The notes: generated by a model from the sequence alone, not told the origin. A DNA stretch of 32,000 nt from Ignicoccus pacificus DSM 13166 (GCA_025340205.1 CP006868.1:480001-512000), one strand, 5' to 3'. Positions 17,046-27,055 are shown, counted from the first letter of the stretch. Translations and numbers: made by a program.

Positions 17046-17641
17046 GACCTACACCTCGAAGCACAGAAGGGAATTATCGGAGCCAGGCCTCTGACCACGT
17101 AGCCTGCCATGAAGAGCGTGGGAATAGCTGAGAAGGCTCCTATAGCGGAGAGCAAGTGACCGAAGCCCAAGGTCAAGAGGAAGAGGCTCCAAGATATTCC
17201 TCTGGAGCCCAGCTTCGCATAAGTTAAGATTGAGCTTATGAGAAGTATTATTACGGATAAGGCGTTGTAGTCCATGTAGAGAAGAAGCACTATGGGAAGC
17301 GAAAGCAAGGAGGAGCACTTGCTTGAGACGTATATCCCGGCGAAGTAGAGCACGTAGGAGATCAAGTAGAAGGACGAAGCCAGTATTGACAAGTCGTAAG
17401 TCCTCATCATTCTGAGCACGGGATGCATCCTCCAGCCGTAGTGGAGACCCCTCTCCGGAGGGCTCGGCGCTAGAAAGTCGAAACCTTCTAAGAGAAGGGC
17501 TCCGGCCAACAAGGCCAAAGCTAAGGACACTAGGAACGTTCCGGGATCGTCCGTTATCTCCGAGACCTCCAGAAGCTTAGCTGCTAAGTAAAGGCTAAGG
17601 ACGCCTCCTATAATTCCAATTATCGAGAGCAGCAGCGTCAA
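17042..17641 (-). CDS. multi-pass membrane protein (199 aa)
   Basis: Several TM segments; 4-nt overlap with the downstream wHTH gene. Confidence 0.7.
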   Translation of the reverse strand: MTLLLSIIGIIGGVLSLYLAAKLLEVSEITDDPGTFLVSLALALLAGALLLEGFDFLAPSPPERGLHYGWRMHPVLRMMRTYDLSILASSFYLISYVLYFAGIYVSSKCSSLLSLPIVLLLYMDYNALSVIILLISSILTYAKLGSRGISWSLFLLTLGFGHLLSAIGAFSAIPTLFMAGYVVRGLAPIIPFCASRCRS

Positions 17642-17713
17642 AGCGGTATCTCCTAAGGAGGAGAGGGAACAACGCTATAACGCCTCTTCGCACAAGTCAA
17701 GGGGCTATGGAAG

Positions 17714-18463
17714 TTGCTCAAGGTAGATCCCTCTAGAAGGCCTTGGCTCGTGGCATACCTAACCCTAGGCTACCCGGATGAGGAAAAGTTCTTGAAGGCG
17801 TTGGAGTTCCTAAAAGATAAGGCAGAGCTAATAGAAGTGGGCATACCCCCGGATTTCGCGAAGTACGACGGTCCTACCATAAGGAGGAGCTATGAGGTGG
17901 TAAGAAAGAGAGGAATAAGCTTGGAGAACTTCGAAGAGCTCTTGAGAAAGGCTTGTGAGGTGGTGCCTCCTGAAAGGCTGATAGCGATGACTTACTACGA
18001 TGAAGTCAAGGATGATTATGAGAAGTTCTTGGAAAAGGTGTGCGCTGGAGGAGTCCTCTTCGCTGATGCTATAATAGACTTCGTTGACGAAGTTGAAAAC
18101 ATAACAAAGAAGGCTAAAGAAAAGGGGAAGGACACAGTATACTTCGTCTCCCCCACCGTCCCCGATCACATAATCAAGAGGGTCGCTGAGCTGAGCGACC
18201 CGGTACTCTATTTAGGAGTGAGGCCGGCGACCGGAATTCCCCTGCCGGTGGGAATACCGAACCTGCTAGAGAGAATAAGATCGCTCACGGATAAGCCGGT
18301 GGTGGTGGGCTTCGGCCTCAAGATAGAGGAGGTGCCTCAGGCAATAGAGCATGGAGCGTCGGGAATAGTGGTGGGAAGCGCGTTCGTAAAGGCCCTTGGA
18401 GAGAGCTTTGAGGCCTTTGAGAAAAAGGTTGAGGAGTACTTGAAGGTCCTCGGAAAGGCTTAG
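17714..18463 (+). CDS. trpA: tryptophan synthase alpha chain (crenarchaeal-type)
   Basis: LVAYLTLGYPDEEKFLKALEFL, ELIEVGIPPDFAKYDGPTI, YFVSPTVPDHIIKR, PVVVGFGLKIEEVPQAIEHGASGIVVGSAFV: TrpA TIM-barrel pattern. Confidence 0.88.
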   Translation: MLKVDPSRRPWLVAYLTLGYPDEEKFLKALEFLKDKAELIEVGIPPDFAKYDGPTIRRSYEVVRKRGISLENFEELLRKACEVVPPERLIAMTYYDEVKDDYEKFLEKVCAGGVLFADAIIDFVDEVENITKKAKEKGKDTVYFVSPTVPDHIIKRVAELSDPVLYLGVRPATGIPLPVGIPNLLERIRSLTDKPVVVGFGLKIEEVPQAIEHGASGIVVGSAFVKALGESFEAFEKKVEEYLKVLGKA

Positions 18464-18933
18464 AGGGTTAGGTCCAGTATCTGCCTAGCCCTTTCCAAGT
18501 CCTCCTTGGAGGGTCTTCTGGCTCCGGGGTCCACGAGCTTTATGATGTATCCCTCGAGAACCAGGAGCGTTCCCACGAGCTTAGGCAAGTTCTCCTTAAC
18601 GTCGTCACTCACCTTGTCGTAGTCGATTATTCCGCTTAGGTACTCAGCTATTGGTCCCAAGTCCAGCTTTTCCTCTCCCAACTCTTCCCTCTTCCTCTCG
18701 AACCTCTCCATGGTTTCAGCTAATCCCTTAGTTATTGGTAGATCCTTCCAAGTAACGTAGTCCCTTCCCTCCGCCTCGGCCCTCTGGAAGGCCACGTCGA
18801 AGAGGTCCGCTAGCTTCTTCTCAGCGGTCTCTATTATCTCTATAGCCTTAGCCTTGTCTATGTCTAGACCTACGGACCTTCTGTAAAGAGTCTGCAACCT
18901 GGTGAAGCCTATTACCTTGGCCACCGATCTCAC
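18460..18933 (-). CDS. DUF1931 family protein (tandem histone-fold)
   Basis: Pattern typical of DUF1931: LYRRSVGLDIDKAKAIEIIETAEKKLADLFDVAFQRAEAEGRDYVTWKDLPITKGL... Confidence 0.75.
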   Translation of the reverse strand: MRSVAKVIGFTRLQTLYRRSVGLDIDKAKAIEIIETAEKKLADLFDVAFQRAEAEGRDYVTWKDLPITKGLAETMERFERKREELGEEKLDLGPIAEYLSGIIDYDKVSDDVKENLPKLVGTLLVLEGYIIKLVDPGARRPSKEDLERARQILDLTL

Positions 18934-19061
18934 CGAAGCTCTGTGCTCGGAGGAGTTTAAAAGAAGATATCATCAACGCTTCTATAAAAACACTACAACG
19001 ATCCTCTTCAAAAAGATACCCTTGGTCCTTTTCATGCATTCAAAGATGCAGAGCTAGGAAG

Positions 19062-19526
19062 CTATATGGAAGCGAATATCCTCTTCAGCTCGTCCTCCAA
19101 GTAATCGAAGTACTCGCAAACGTATTCCTTTCACTTTCTCAATAAAAGCTCCAAGCGGTCCTTCACGTCTTTTTCATCTGTTTCCTCTTGACTTAAATGC
19201 TGACAATCGTAGAGGTCTGAAGCCTCAGCAGTCCACGTTACGATGTCCTTCACCCCGACCTCTTCCAGTAGCACGCTCAGAGCCTTGAGCTCGTGCGGAG
19301 GGGCTTGTATTCCTTCATTTATGAACCATTTCCTCCTCTCCTCGTCGTTAAGTATCTTCAGTATTTCATCCTTCTTCAGATAGAGCAATGCAGAGATCAG
19401 GTCCCTCCAAGCTTGAAAGGCCTTCTAACAAGCGCTCTTGATGAAGCCTTCTCCAAGTAGCTTCTTAGCTAGGTAAGCGTTATAGACACTGTCTTCAATT
19501 TTCTTATTGATGAATTCTTTCTTCAT
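19062..19526 (-). pseudogene. PaREP1/HEPN-like protein gene interrupted by two in-frame stops
   Basis: Continuous frame from ATG at 19526-19524: MKKEFINKKIEDSVYNAYLAKKLLGEGFIKSAC*KAFQAWRDLISALLYLKKDEILKIL...LELLLRK*KEYVCEYFDYLEDELKRIFASI*. TAG is at 19427-19425, TGA at 19133-19131, terminal TAG at 19064-19062, with no frameshift. The ORF track shows only the middle piece (19131-19388). Confidence 0.7.
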
Positions 19527-19714
19527 CGGTCCCCCAACTCCCTCCGCTTCCTCGGCGAGGGACAAAGCGGAGTCCCCCTAGAGGGAAATGTAAAAAGAAT
19601 AAAAGATTAGAGTCAATCTTTTTACCAAGTAGGTTCAACTCACTATCTCCAACGATTTTCCTTCTGAAAGCTTTGTATTAACCCTCGTGACACTCCTCAA
19701 GTAGGAATCATGAG

Positions 19715-21259
19715 TTGGAACTGGAAAAGGTTCTCGGAAGAATTGACGGCAGGGGGTACAAGGCTTACAAGGACTTAAAGGGATTGAGGTGGAAGGTAAG
19801 GAACTTTGAGTTTACATTTAAGAAGATTCAAGGGGATCCCTTCGCTCCTCCGAGCGTGGTGGAGGTAAGACTACCTATTAGAGGAGAAGGGCTTCCGGTA
19901 GAGGATCTGCTTCATAGGGTCCTTTGGAAGGTCCTAAGGAGACATTCGAGAAAGAGGGGAGAGGGCAAAGGAGGCCTCCTCGCCTTACCGAAGCCTAGTA
20001 ACGCCATGTTGAGGAGGAGCTCAGTAAAAGCGTCGGGGGAGGTCAGAGCAAGGATATGGGTCGGCCTTCCTTCGAGAAGGAGGAGGGTCTTAGCGGACGA
20101 GGCCTTAGAGATGCTAACTAAGGACCTTCCTAGAGCTCTGGAAGAGGGACTTAAGGAGTTCGAGAACAGAAGGGAGGAGCACGAGAGAACGTACAATATT
20201 TACATGGAGATCAGAAAGAAGCTAGAGAAGTTAAAGCTGATCTCCTTCGTAGCCGACGGCTCCGTTTTACCTCGAGCTTGCTCCTCTTGTGAAGAGCCCT
20301 TGGAGGGAGCAGTCCCCTTCGAATCTCCTTCATCTCTGAGGATTGAGGTGGAGACCTCCTACGGAACAATCGCCGGTATGGGACTCAAAGTGGGAATAGT
20401 CTCAATAACCGGCCCTGCCTTTCACGGAAAGACTACTCTGCTCGAGGCCATAGCTAGAGGGATCTGGCCCCACGTTCCCGGAGACGGGAGGGAGAGGGTG
20501 GTCACAAGGGAAGACGCCTTCTACGTCAGATCGGAGGATGGGAGAAGGGTCTCTTGCGTAGACATCTCTACTTTTCTTAACTTAAAGAACTCGGAGTGCT
20601 TCAACACCGAGGACGCCTCCGGGGCTACCAGCGCCGCCTCCACGCTTCAAGAATCCGTTGAAGGAGGGTCAAGGCTTCTTCTCTTAGATGAGGACTATAC
20701 TGCCACGAACTTCCTCTACTTCGATGATAGACTCAAAGGGCTTTATGACGTAAAGACCGTTTATACCATTTCTGAAAAGCTGAAGAGCATGAAGGAGAAG
20801 GGTCTCAGCATGATAGTTGTGGCCAGCGGCTCCGCTCCGATACTCGCCCAGTCCGATGCCGTAATTTACATGAAAAACTACTTGCCTCACGATATAACAA
20901 GTAAGGCCAATAAGATAAGCGTAGAAGTAGAGGCAATTCCTTACGAGTTTCCAAGAGAAAGGGAGCTGTCTTACAAGGCTCCGGAGAAGGTAAAGGTCAG
21001 GGGTCCCTGGTTAGAGAGCAAGGAATGGAGATCTCCGATTAGGACTGAGGCGAATATTCATTTGGTTGAAGAGGGTCAGCTGGAGTTCCTAGCCAGACTC
21101 CTCCAAAGGCCCTTCAGGGGAAGAGCTAGAAGCGCGAAGGTTCCTGACCCCTGGGATCTTTGCACATCTCCCGGATGCTCGGAAGTTAGGACTTTGGATT
21201 ATTTGTTCGTCTTGAACAGGAGTGAGGGGTTGAGAGCTAGGCTACTTGGTAGCGGCTGA
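19715..21259 (+). CDS. predicted ABC-class ATPase
   Basis: Walker A-like GPAFHGKTTLLEAI, ...DISTFLNLKNSECFNTEDASGATSAASTLQESVEGGSRLLLLDEDYTATNFL (signature and Walker B). Layout matches the predicted ABC-class ATPases of the COG3044 type. Confidence 0.82.
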   Translation: MELEKVLGRIDGRGYKAYKDLKGLRWKVRNFEFTFKKIQGDPFAPPSVVEVRLPIRGEGLPVEDLLHRVLWKVLRRHSRKRGEGKGGLLALPKPSNAMLRRSSVKASGEVRARIWVGLPSRRRRVLADEALEMLTKDLPRALEEGLKEFENRREEHERTYNIYMEIRKKLEKLKLISFVADGSVLPRACSSCEEPLEGAVPFESPSSLRIEVETSYGTIAGMGLKVGIVSITGPAFHGKTTLLEAIARGIWPHVPGDGRERVVTREDAFYVRSEDGRRVSCVDISTFLNLKNSECFNTEDASGATSAASTLQESVEGGSRLLLLDEDYTATNFLYFDDRLKGLYDVKTVYTISEKLKSMKEKGLSMIVVASGSAPILAQSDAVIYMKNYLPHDITSKANKISVEVEAIPYEFPRERELSYKAPEKVKVRGPWLESKEWRSPIRTEANIHLVEEGQLEFLARLLQRPFRGRARSAKVPDPWDLCTSPGCSEVRTLDYLFVLNRSEGLRARLLGSG

Positions 21260-21928
21260 AACCATCCCGTACAACATTACCGCAAAGCCCAACGTCCAGA
21301 GGGCATCCTTTGTTACCAGCATCAGCAAGAAGGAGCCGGTGCTGTGAAGCACCGCCAAGCCCAAGAAGATCCCGAGGGAGTATATTATCAATCCGGCTCC
21401 GAAGGCCAAGGCTCCAGGATCCCCCGTCTCCTTGTAAGCCTTGAAGAGTACCCCCGCCACGAAGAGGGGTATGATTCCAGTTAGGAGGACGTGGGGCACG
21501 TCGAACAACCAGAGCTTCATAGGCTTCAAATGGAAGAGGACGTAGCTGGCTACAGCGATGGAAAAGTAGGCGGCAGAACCAATTATTATCGCCAATATCC
21601 ACGGCTTTGCCTTATTCAGCGCCTTCAATAGTGAGTATAGTATTAGGACAAGCGAGAAGGCCCTCAAGGGAGGCGTAACCGCTCCGTGAGGAAGTCTCCA
21701 AGCGACCAGCTGCTCCGTTATGAGTGTCATTCCGTGTAGTGCCATGCCTACGGCAAACACCTTGAGCCAGCTCATCGAAGGTGCTTCCCTGCTGAGCCTC
21801 CACGCTATGAACGCTATCATTAGCTCTATTATACATAGAAGTATCCTTATGAGTACAGCGTACAAGCGCTCTCTCACCAGCTGGGCTACCAAGTTTTCTA
21901 TATAAAGATTTTCAATTGAGTCAATCAT
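21242..21928 (-). CDS. multi-pass membrane protein (228 aa)
   Basis: Multiple TM segments; 18-nt tail overlap with the ATPase gene. Confidence 0.7.
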   Translation of the reverse strand: MIDSIENLYIENLVAQLVRERLYAVLIRILLCIIELMIAFIAWRLSREAPSMSWLKVFAVGMALHGMTLITEQLVAWRLPHGAVTPPLRAFSLVLILYSLLKALNKAKPWILAIIIGSAAYFSIAVASYVLFHLKPMKLWLFDVPHVLLTGIIPLFVAGVLFKAYKETGDPGALAFGAGLIIYSLGIFLGLAVLHSTGSFLLMLVTKDALWTLGFAVMLYGMVSAATK

Positions 21929-21956
21929 AAAAATTTACTATAAAGAGAGAAGAAAA

Positions 21957-23435
21957 TCACTTCTTCCTCTGGTCGAGGAAGACTTGTAGCTTGTATCCCT
22001 TCCAGACGCTCTCTCCGGGCTTGATCCATATGATCTCCACGTCCTCTGGGCTCAGTCCTACCTCTCTTGCGATGATCTCCCTCGCGGCCTTGTCGTACTC
22101 CGGTGGAGGCGGTATGGGCTTCCTGGTCTCTATCTGTATCTTCAGCTTGTCCATCTTGTCGTCGTATACTATGATGTTGTAGGCTCCGGTGGTGTCGGGT
22201 ATCTGGCTCACGGCGTTCTCCACGACTATCGGGAACAGTAGCTTACCCTTTACGGTGAACATCCACTCGACTCTTCCGGGTATGAGCTCAGCGAACCTAC
22301 AGTGGGTTATTCCTAGCTCCGGAGTGGGCTCACAGATGAACTCGTTCTTCACGTAGTCGCCTAGGCTGTACCTTATCAAGGGCATGGTATAGTGGGTGAG
22401 CAAGGTGGCTATCAGCTCTCCCCTCTCTCCCTCTCCAGCGGGCTCTCCGGCGGGGTTCTCCTCGTAGCTTCCGGGAACGACTATGTCGAACATTTGCGTG
22501 TCCTCCCAGAAGACCAGGGTGCCGGGGGCGTCCGGAGGCTCAATCGCCATGTGACCGTCGGTAGTGCCCCAGACGCTTATGACTCTCTCCACGTTGGGGT
22601 GGACCTCCATAAGCTTCTCCTTGGTCTTCTCGGCAGCAGCTCCTCCGTGGAGCAGAAGGACCTTGAAGGGAGTGACCCATCCCTCCTGCTTGGCCCACTC
22701 TCCTATCCATCTGTGAAGCCACGGAGTGGTGGCGAAGACGTCCACCTTCCACAGCTTCATTATCAGCATGTGCCTGTCCTTCCATGTGAAGAAGGTCTCT
22801 CCTCCTCCAGCTATGGCAGTAGCACCGCACCTCCACATGGCAGTCTCCACGAGAGGCGGTCCCCAGCTGTAGAATCCGCTCATGTTGAGGTAGTTGGCGT
22901 AAACGACTCCAGGCCTGAGGCCGGCGAAGGTCCAGAGGTACCTGGCTTGCTGCTCCTCGAAGTAGTCCAGCTCAACCCTTCCCCATCCTTGGAAGGTGGG
23001 CATTCCGGTGCTTCCGGAGGTTGCTCCGACGAAGTGGATGTACTTGGCCAGCTCCGGAACCATTATGGTTCCGTAGGGAGGGTTGCTCTTGAGGTCAGCT
23101 CTTAGGTCCTTCTTGGTCAAGACCGGTATCTTGACCACGTCCTCGTGGGTCTTTATCATGTCAGGGTGGAAGCCCTTGCTCTTCCAGAACTTGCGGTAGA
23201 ACTCGGTGTTCTCCCACGCCCACTTCACTATGGCCTTTAGCCTCTGAGTCTTGATCTTCTCCAGTTCCTCCCTAGGCATCCTCATTATCTTAGGGTTCCA
23301 CAACACTTCGTCTCTATTAGGAGGATAGTCGGTCCTGATGAAGCCCTCCTGTCTAAACTGCTTGCCCTTCTCTAGGTAGTCACCTAGAGGAGTTGCTCTG
23401 GTGAAGTAGTCGAACATAGCCCTCACTCCGCCCAC
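21957..23435 (-). CDS. phenylacetate-CoA ligase-like AMP-forming acyl-CoA ligase
   Basis: Adenylate-forming motifs [45 protein letters not shown]; PaaK-like spacing and C-terminal domain. Confidence 0.85.
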   Translation of the reverse strand: MGGVRAMFDYFTRATPLGDYLEKGKQFRQEGFIRTDYPPNRDEVLWNPKIMRMPREELEKIKTQRLKAIVKWAWENTEFYRKFWKSKGFHPDMIKTHEDVVKIPVLTKKDLRADLKSNPPYGTIMVPELAKYIHFVGATSGSTGMPTFQGWGRVELDYFEEQQARYLWTFAGLRPGVVYANYLNMSGFYSWGPPLVETAMWRCGATAIAGGGETFFTWKDRHMLIMKLWKVDVFATTPWLHRWIGEWAKQEGWVTPFKVLLLHGGAAAEKTKEKLMEVHPNVERVISVWGTTDGHMAIEPPDAPGTLVFWEDTQMFDIVVPGSYEENPAGEPAGEGERGELIATLLTHYTMPLIRYSLGDYVKNEFICEPTPELGITHCRFAELIPGRVEWMFTVKGKLLFPIVVENAVSQIPDTTGAYNIIVYDDKMDKLKIQIETRKPIPPPPEYDKAAREIIAREVGLSPEDVEIIWIKPGESVWKGYKLQVFLDQRKK

Positions 23436-23590
23436 ATCTACCCTGGAACCGTTTATAGGCGTGTATAGGTGGCATATACTTGAGTTGTAGTTACTCTTCC
23501 ATGAACTGTATTACATTTACAAAACTTTCAGTCATCTCTCTGAGTAAAATATCTTGAAGACACAAGTGTTGGAAGTGGGGTTGAAAGGCT

Positions 23591-24508
23591 GTGGGCAGAG
23601 GGACAAAGACGTACTCATTCGGAGTCGGTAAAAGAGAAGCCCACGATTCCTCGCCGTTCTATTCAAGGAAGATGTATCAGAACTTGAAGTTCCCTAAACC
23701 TTCAAAGGAGGACTTGATCGAAAATCCTCTTCCTGAGAAGTTCTTGGATAAGATAATCCTCGGGGATGCTAGAGAGGTGCTGAGAGAGGTTCCAGACAAG
23801 TCGATTCACCTAATGGTCACCTCTCCTCCGTACAACGTGGGAAAGGAATACGATCAAGATCTGACCTTAGGAGAATACTTGGACTTCATCGAAGAGGTAA
23901 TGAGAGAGGTTTACAGAACCTTAGTATGGGGCGGGAGGGTTTGCTTCAACGTAGCTGATTTGGGAAGAAAGCCCTTCATTCCCTTGCACGCATACCTAAT
24001 CGAGAGGTTTGAGAAAATAGGATTCTTGATGAGGGGAATAATAATTTGGGATAAGGGAGATGCGGTAGCTGCTTCCTCGACCGCTTGGGGCACTTGGATG
24101 AGCCCGGTCAACCCTACGCTAAGGGATCAGCACGAGTACATAATAGTGCTGAGCAAGGGCGATTTCAAGAGGCCGAAGCCCAGCGACCCGGAGAAAGTAC
24201 CTACTATATCCAAGGAAGAGTTCGTGGAGTTCACCAAGAGCATATGGAGGTTCAAGCCAGAGAGCGCGAGAAGGGTAGGTCACCCTGCTCCGTTTCCAGA
24301 GGAGCTACCTTATCGTTGTATTCAACTCTACACGTTCAAGAAGGACGTAGTCTTAGATCCCTTCGTCGGAAGCGGTACAACTTGTGTCGTAGCTAAGAAG
24401 ACTGGGAGGCACTTCTTGGGTATAGATATAAATGAGGAGTACGTGGAGCTCTCCAAGAGAAGGGTAGAGAGGTGGCTAAAGCAAAGAAGCCTCGCTCAGT
24501 TCATCTAG
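23591..24508 (+). CDS. DNA methyltransferase (N4-cytosine or N6-adenine), type II-like; start may be ATG at 23672
   Basis: TSPPYN catalytic motif IV followed by DPFVGSGTTCVVAKKTGRHFLGIDINEEYVELSKRR (motif I/X region). Confidence 0.9.
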   Translation: MGRGTKTYSFGVGKREAHDSSPFYSRKMYQNLKFPKPSKEDLIENPLPEKFLDKIILGDAREVLREVPDKSIHLMVTSPPYNVGKEYDQDLTLGEYLDFIEEVMREVYRTLVWGGRVCFNVADLGRKPFIPLHAYLIERFEKIGFLMRGIIIWDKGDAVAASSTAWGTWMSPVNPTLRDQHEYIIVLSKGDFKRPKPSDPEKVPTISKEEFVEFTKSIWRFKPESARRVGHPAPFPEELPYRCIQLYTFKKDVVLDPFVGSGTTCVVAKKTGRHFLGIDINEEYVELSKRRVERWLKQRSLAQFI

Positions 24509-24510
24509 GC

Positions 24511-25146
24511 TTACAGCATTTCCCTTAATTTAATTAGATCTTTAAAATCCGTTGCTAACAGCACCGCGTCCACAAGCCCCGATCTTAGCGATATATCCAT
24601 GATGCACTTTGAGTTCCCCGATTCGGGTTTATGACTAGTTATTATCACATACTTGATATTTCCTTTTATTCCAAACTTCAACTGTACCGCATTAGCCAAT
24701 GCTTTTTTCATCGTGTCCGTTCTAATGAGTCCGGGCCTTGACAGTTCCACTACCTTCCCCTTACACGAGTATTGGTGTGCGGAACCCTTTGCCTCAATGA
24801 CCATTTTCAGGGCGCCTTCTTTCAGTACTGCAAAATCGGCCGCGCCCACTCCTACCATGCATGCCTCCGGTATCTCATATTCTCGGATGAGTTCAATGTT
24901 CTCAATATCTTGGAGAACGAACTTGCGGAGCACGTACTCTAGGAAGTCCTCAAAGGCTTCGCCGAACACCTTTGCCCTCTTTTGAAAGTCTGCTTTGACG
25001 TCGCAAAGTTTATTATACATCAAATATTTCTCAAACGTTTTCTCCAAAGCTATTTTGAGTAGAGTTGGGGATGACTCTAATCTCTTCAGATCTATCGAGA
25101 GTTCATCAAACACGCTATCTACTAATTCCAGCTTGTTTTCCTTCAA
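24511..25146 (-). CDS. probable restriction endonuclease, PD-(D/E)XK fold
   Basis: AADFAVLKEGALKMVIEAKGSAHQ fits D...ExK; the gene is convergent with the methyltransferase, 2 nt between stops. Confidence 0.7.
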   Translation of the reverse strand: MKENKLELVDSVFDELSIDLKRLESSPTLLKIALEKTFEKYLMYNKLCDVKADFQKRAKVFGEAFEDFLEYVLRKFVLQDIENIELIREYEIPEACMVGVGAADFAVLKEGALKMVIEAKGSAHQYSCKGKVVELSRPGLIRTDTMKKALANAVQLKFGIKGNIKYVIITSHKPESGNSKCIMDISLRSGLVDAVLLATDFKDLIKLREML

Positions 25147-25239
25147 AAGGGTGCCCGGGATTCCAGGCCTCTATAGCTCTATTTAATGACCCTCCGCCCT
25201 TTTGCCGTGCTCATCACCTATCAGGGCACCGGCTTGAGG

Positions 25240-27009
25240 TCATCGGGCCTTGAGCATGGCGTTGAGGAGCTCCTCCGAGGTAACCTTGGTTACCTCCCTA
25301 TACGGCACTATCCTATCCAAGTACTCCTCAAACCTATAGTCGGCTAATATTACCAAGCCCTTGTCTTGGGGACTCCTTATCATCCTTCCTATAGCTTGCT
25401 TTACCTTCATTATCATCAATTCTTCATACATACTTTCGAGCACTTTCTCATAGTTATCCTTGTCCAAGCTCTTAGCCACATCTTCCAGGAAGGCGGAGGG
25501 CATTGGAAAGGGAGCTCCAATGATTGATACTACCTTTATCAAGCTTTTTCCATTTTCAGTTAGCTCCACCCCTTCCGTTATCTGATCTCCCGCTACGGCA
25601 GCTATAACGCAAGTCCTCAGCTTCCTAGCTCTGCTCAAGACCGCCGCTCCTCCTCCCCTCTCGCTCGGAATCAACTCCACGTCCAGTTCCTTTGCTATTA
25701 CCTTTAGCGTAACTAAGACGCTCTTCAGCATGGCATAGGATGGATATACCATTAACGCCGTTCCCTTGAGCCTCTTCGCTAAGAGCATGGTCGCCCTCTC
25801 AACCATCTCCCTCCTCTTCACGAAATCCTTATCGTACCTCACCTTGTACCTGCTAGTGTAGTCGGTAACTACTATTACCTTAGCGTTCTCAGGTCTATAC
25901 AATTTAAAGTACTCTTCCCTTAGCTCCTTGTCACCTAACAAGCTCAAGTATTTGTCTAATCTCCCCAAGAACCTCCGCAAGAACTCCGGAGAGGGCATGG
26001 TTCCGCTCATTAGCACCGCTCCGGAAGCTCCTTCCTCCAAGTACTTCCCTATCCAAGGTCTGAGCTCCTTCACCCTCAAGTACTCCCCATCCATATAGAC
26101 CATTGTGTTGGGCTCTCTGGCAAGCAAGAAGAAGTCCATTACTGACTTCAGCTTTTCCACAAGATCGAAGAGTGGGTGAGACTCCATTGCTAGCACTAAA
26201 GCTACCTTGTCTATCACCTTTCCCAGCATGTCCAGCTCGGGACCGCTCACCTCCTTTATCTCGGGGACCCTAACCCCCTTCCCGACGCTCCTGTAGACCT
26301 CGGTAGCCTTGAGAACAGTTCTCAAAGTTTGGAAGAGGGGACCGTAGGAGCCCAGCTCGTCTGCCAGATCCTTGTTCAGCTCTCTCAGCCCTCTAACTAT
26401 CTTGGGGACTTGGGAAATCATCGCTACTCCGAAGGAGGGCTTTAATGACTCTTCTCTCATGAAGTTGAACAGATTGTGGGCCTCGTCGAAGATCAGCAGC
26501 GCTCCCTCTACGTCCAATCCCATCACCTTGAACACGCTTGGGTTCATGTAGGCACTAGGCATTACTATTACTTCTGCATCCTTGCTGAAGGCCTTGAGTC
26601 CCATGTAGGGGCAGTGAGCCCTCCTCTTCCACTCGTCTATCCAATCGAAAAGTCCTACCCAGCTGGAGGGCTTGGGAGGTATTCGATCCCTCCAAGGACA
26701 TACCTTGCAGAGGCTTACCGTCGAAGTTCCTATGGGGCATGCCCTCTCCTTTCCCACCAAGGGGGAGATGCTGAGGGAGGTGAACCTCTCTGCATCCCTT
26801 ACAGGGGGAATGACTTGAGTTACCGTTCTTACTAAGAAGAACGCCTTCCTTATCAATCCTCTTTTCAACGATTCCTCGATTATCTTCAAGGCAGTTAAGG
26901 TTTTGCCGCTACCGGTAGGGGAGTCTATCGCTATCACCGCCGGCCTCTTCTCCTCCAGAGCCCTCACTGACTCCTCGACGAACCTCCTCTGCCACGGCCT
27001 CAGCATCAC
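25240..27009 (-). CDS. xpd: XPD/Rad3-like Fe-S DNA helicase
   Basis: Walker A DSPTGSGKTL, DEAH box, four cysteines placed as in the XPD Fe-S domain (ERACPIG...SLCKVCPW...AHCPY), C-terminal GAPFP and QAIGRMIRSPQDKG. Confidence 0.88.
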   Translation of the reverse strand: MMLRPWQRRFVEESVRALEEKRPAVIAIDSPTGSGKTLTALKIIEESLKRGLIRKAFFLVRTVTQVIPPVRDAERFTSLSISPLVGKERACPIGTSTVSLCKVCPWRDRIPPKPSSWVGLFDWIDEWKRRAHCPYMGLKAFSKDAEVIVMPSAYMNPSVFKVMGLDVEGALLIFDEAHNLFNFMREESLKPSFGVAMISQVPKIVRGLRELNKDLADELGSYGPLFQTLRTVLKATEVYRSVGKGVRVPEIKEVSGPELDMLGKVIDKVALVLAMESHPLFDLVEKLKSVMDFFLLAREPNTMVYMDGEYLRVKELRPWIGKYLEEGASGAVLMSGTMPSPEFLRRFLGRLDKYLSLLGDKELREEYFKLYRPENAKVIVVTDYTSRYKVRYDKDFVKRREMVERATMLLAKRLKGTALMVYPSYAMLKSVLVTLKVIAKELDVELIPSERGGGAAVLSRARKLRTCVIAAVAGDQITEGVELTENGKSLIKVVSIIGAPFPMPSAFLEDVAKSLDKDNYEKVLESMYEELMIMKVKQAIGRMIRSPQDKGLVILADYRFEEYLDRIVPYREVTKVTSEELLNAMLKAR

Positions 27010-27055
27010 TTAGACCTCACCGTATGGGAGAGAGCTTGGTTATGTGTTGGAGCTA

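Noticed and set aside
19131-19388. Stand-alone 85-aa protein starting at a TTG at 19388
   Set aside because: The same frame continues with protein-like sequence on both sides beyond single stop codons, so it is better read as the middle of a disrupted gene.
22392-23105. Plus-strand 237-aa ORF antisense to the ligase gene
   Set aside because: Ser/Gly/Val-rich shadow frame opposite a well-supported PaaK-like CDS; no independent protein character.
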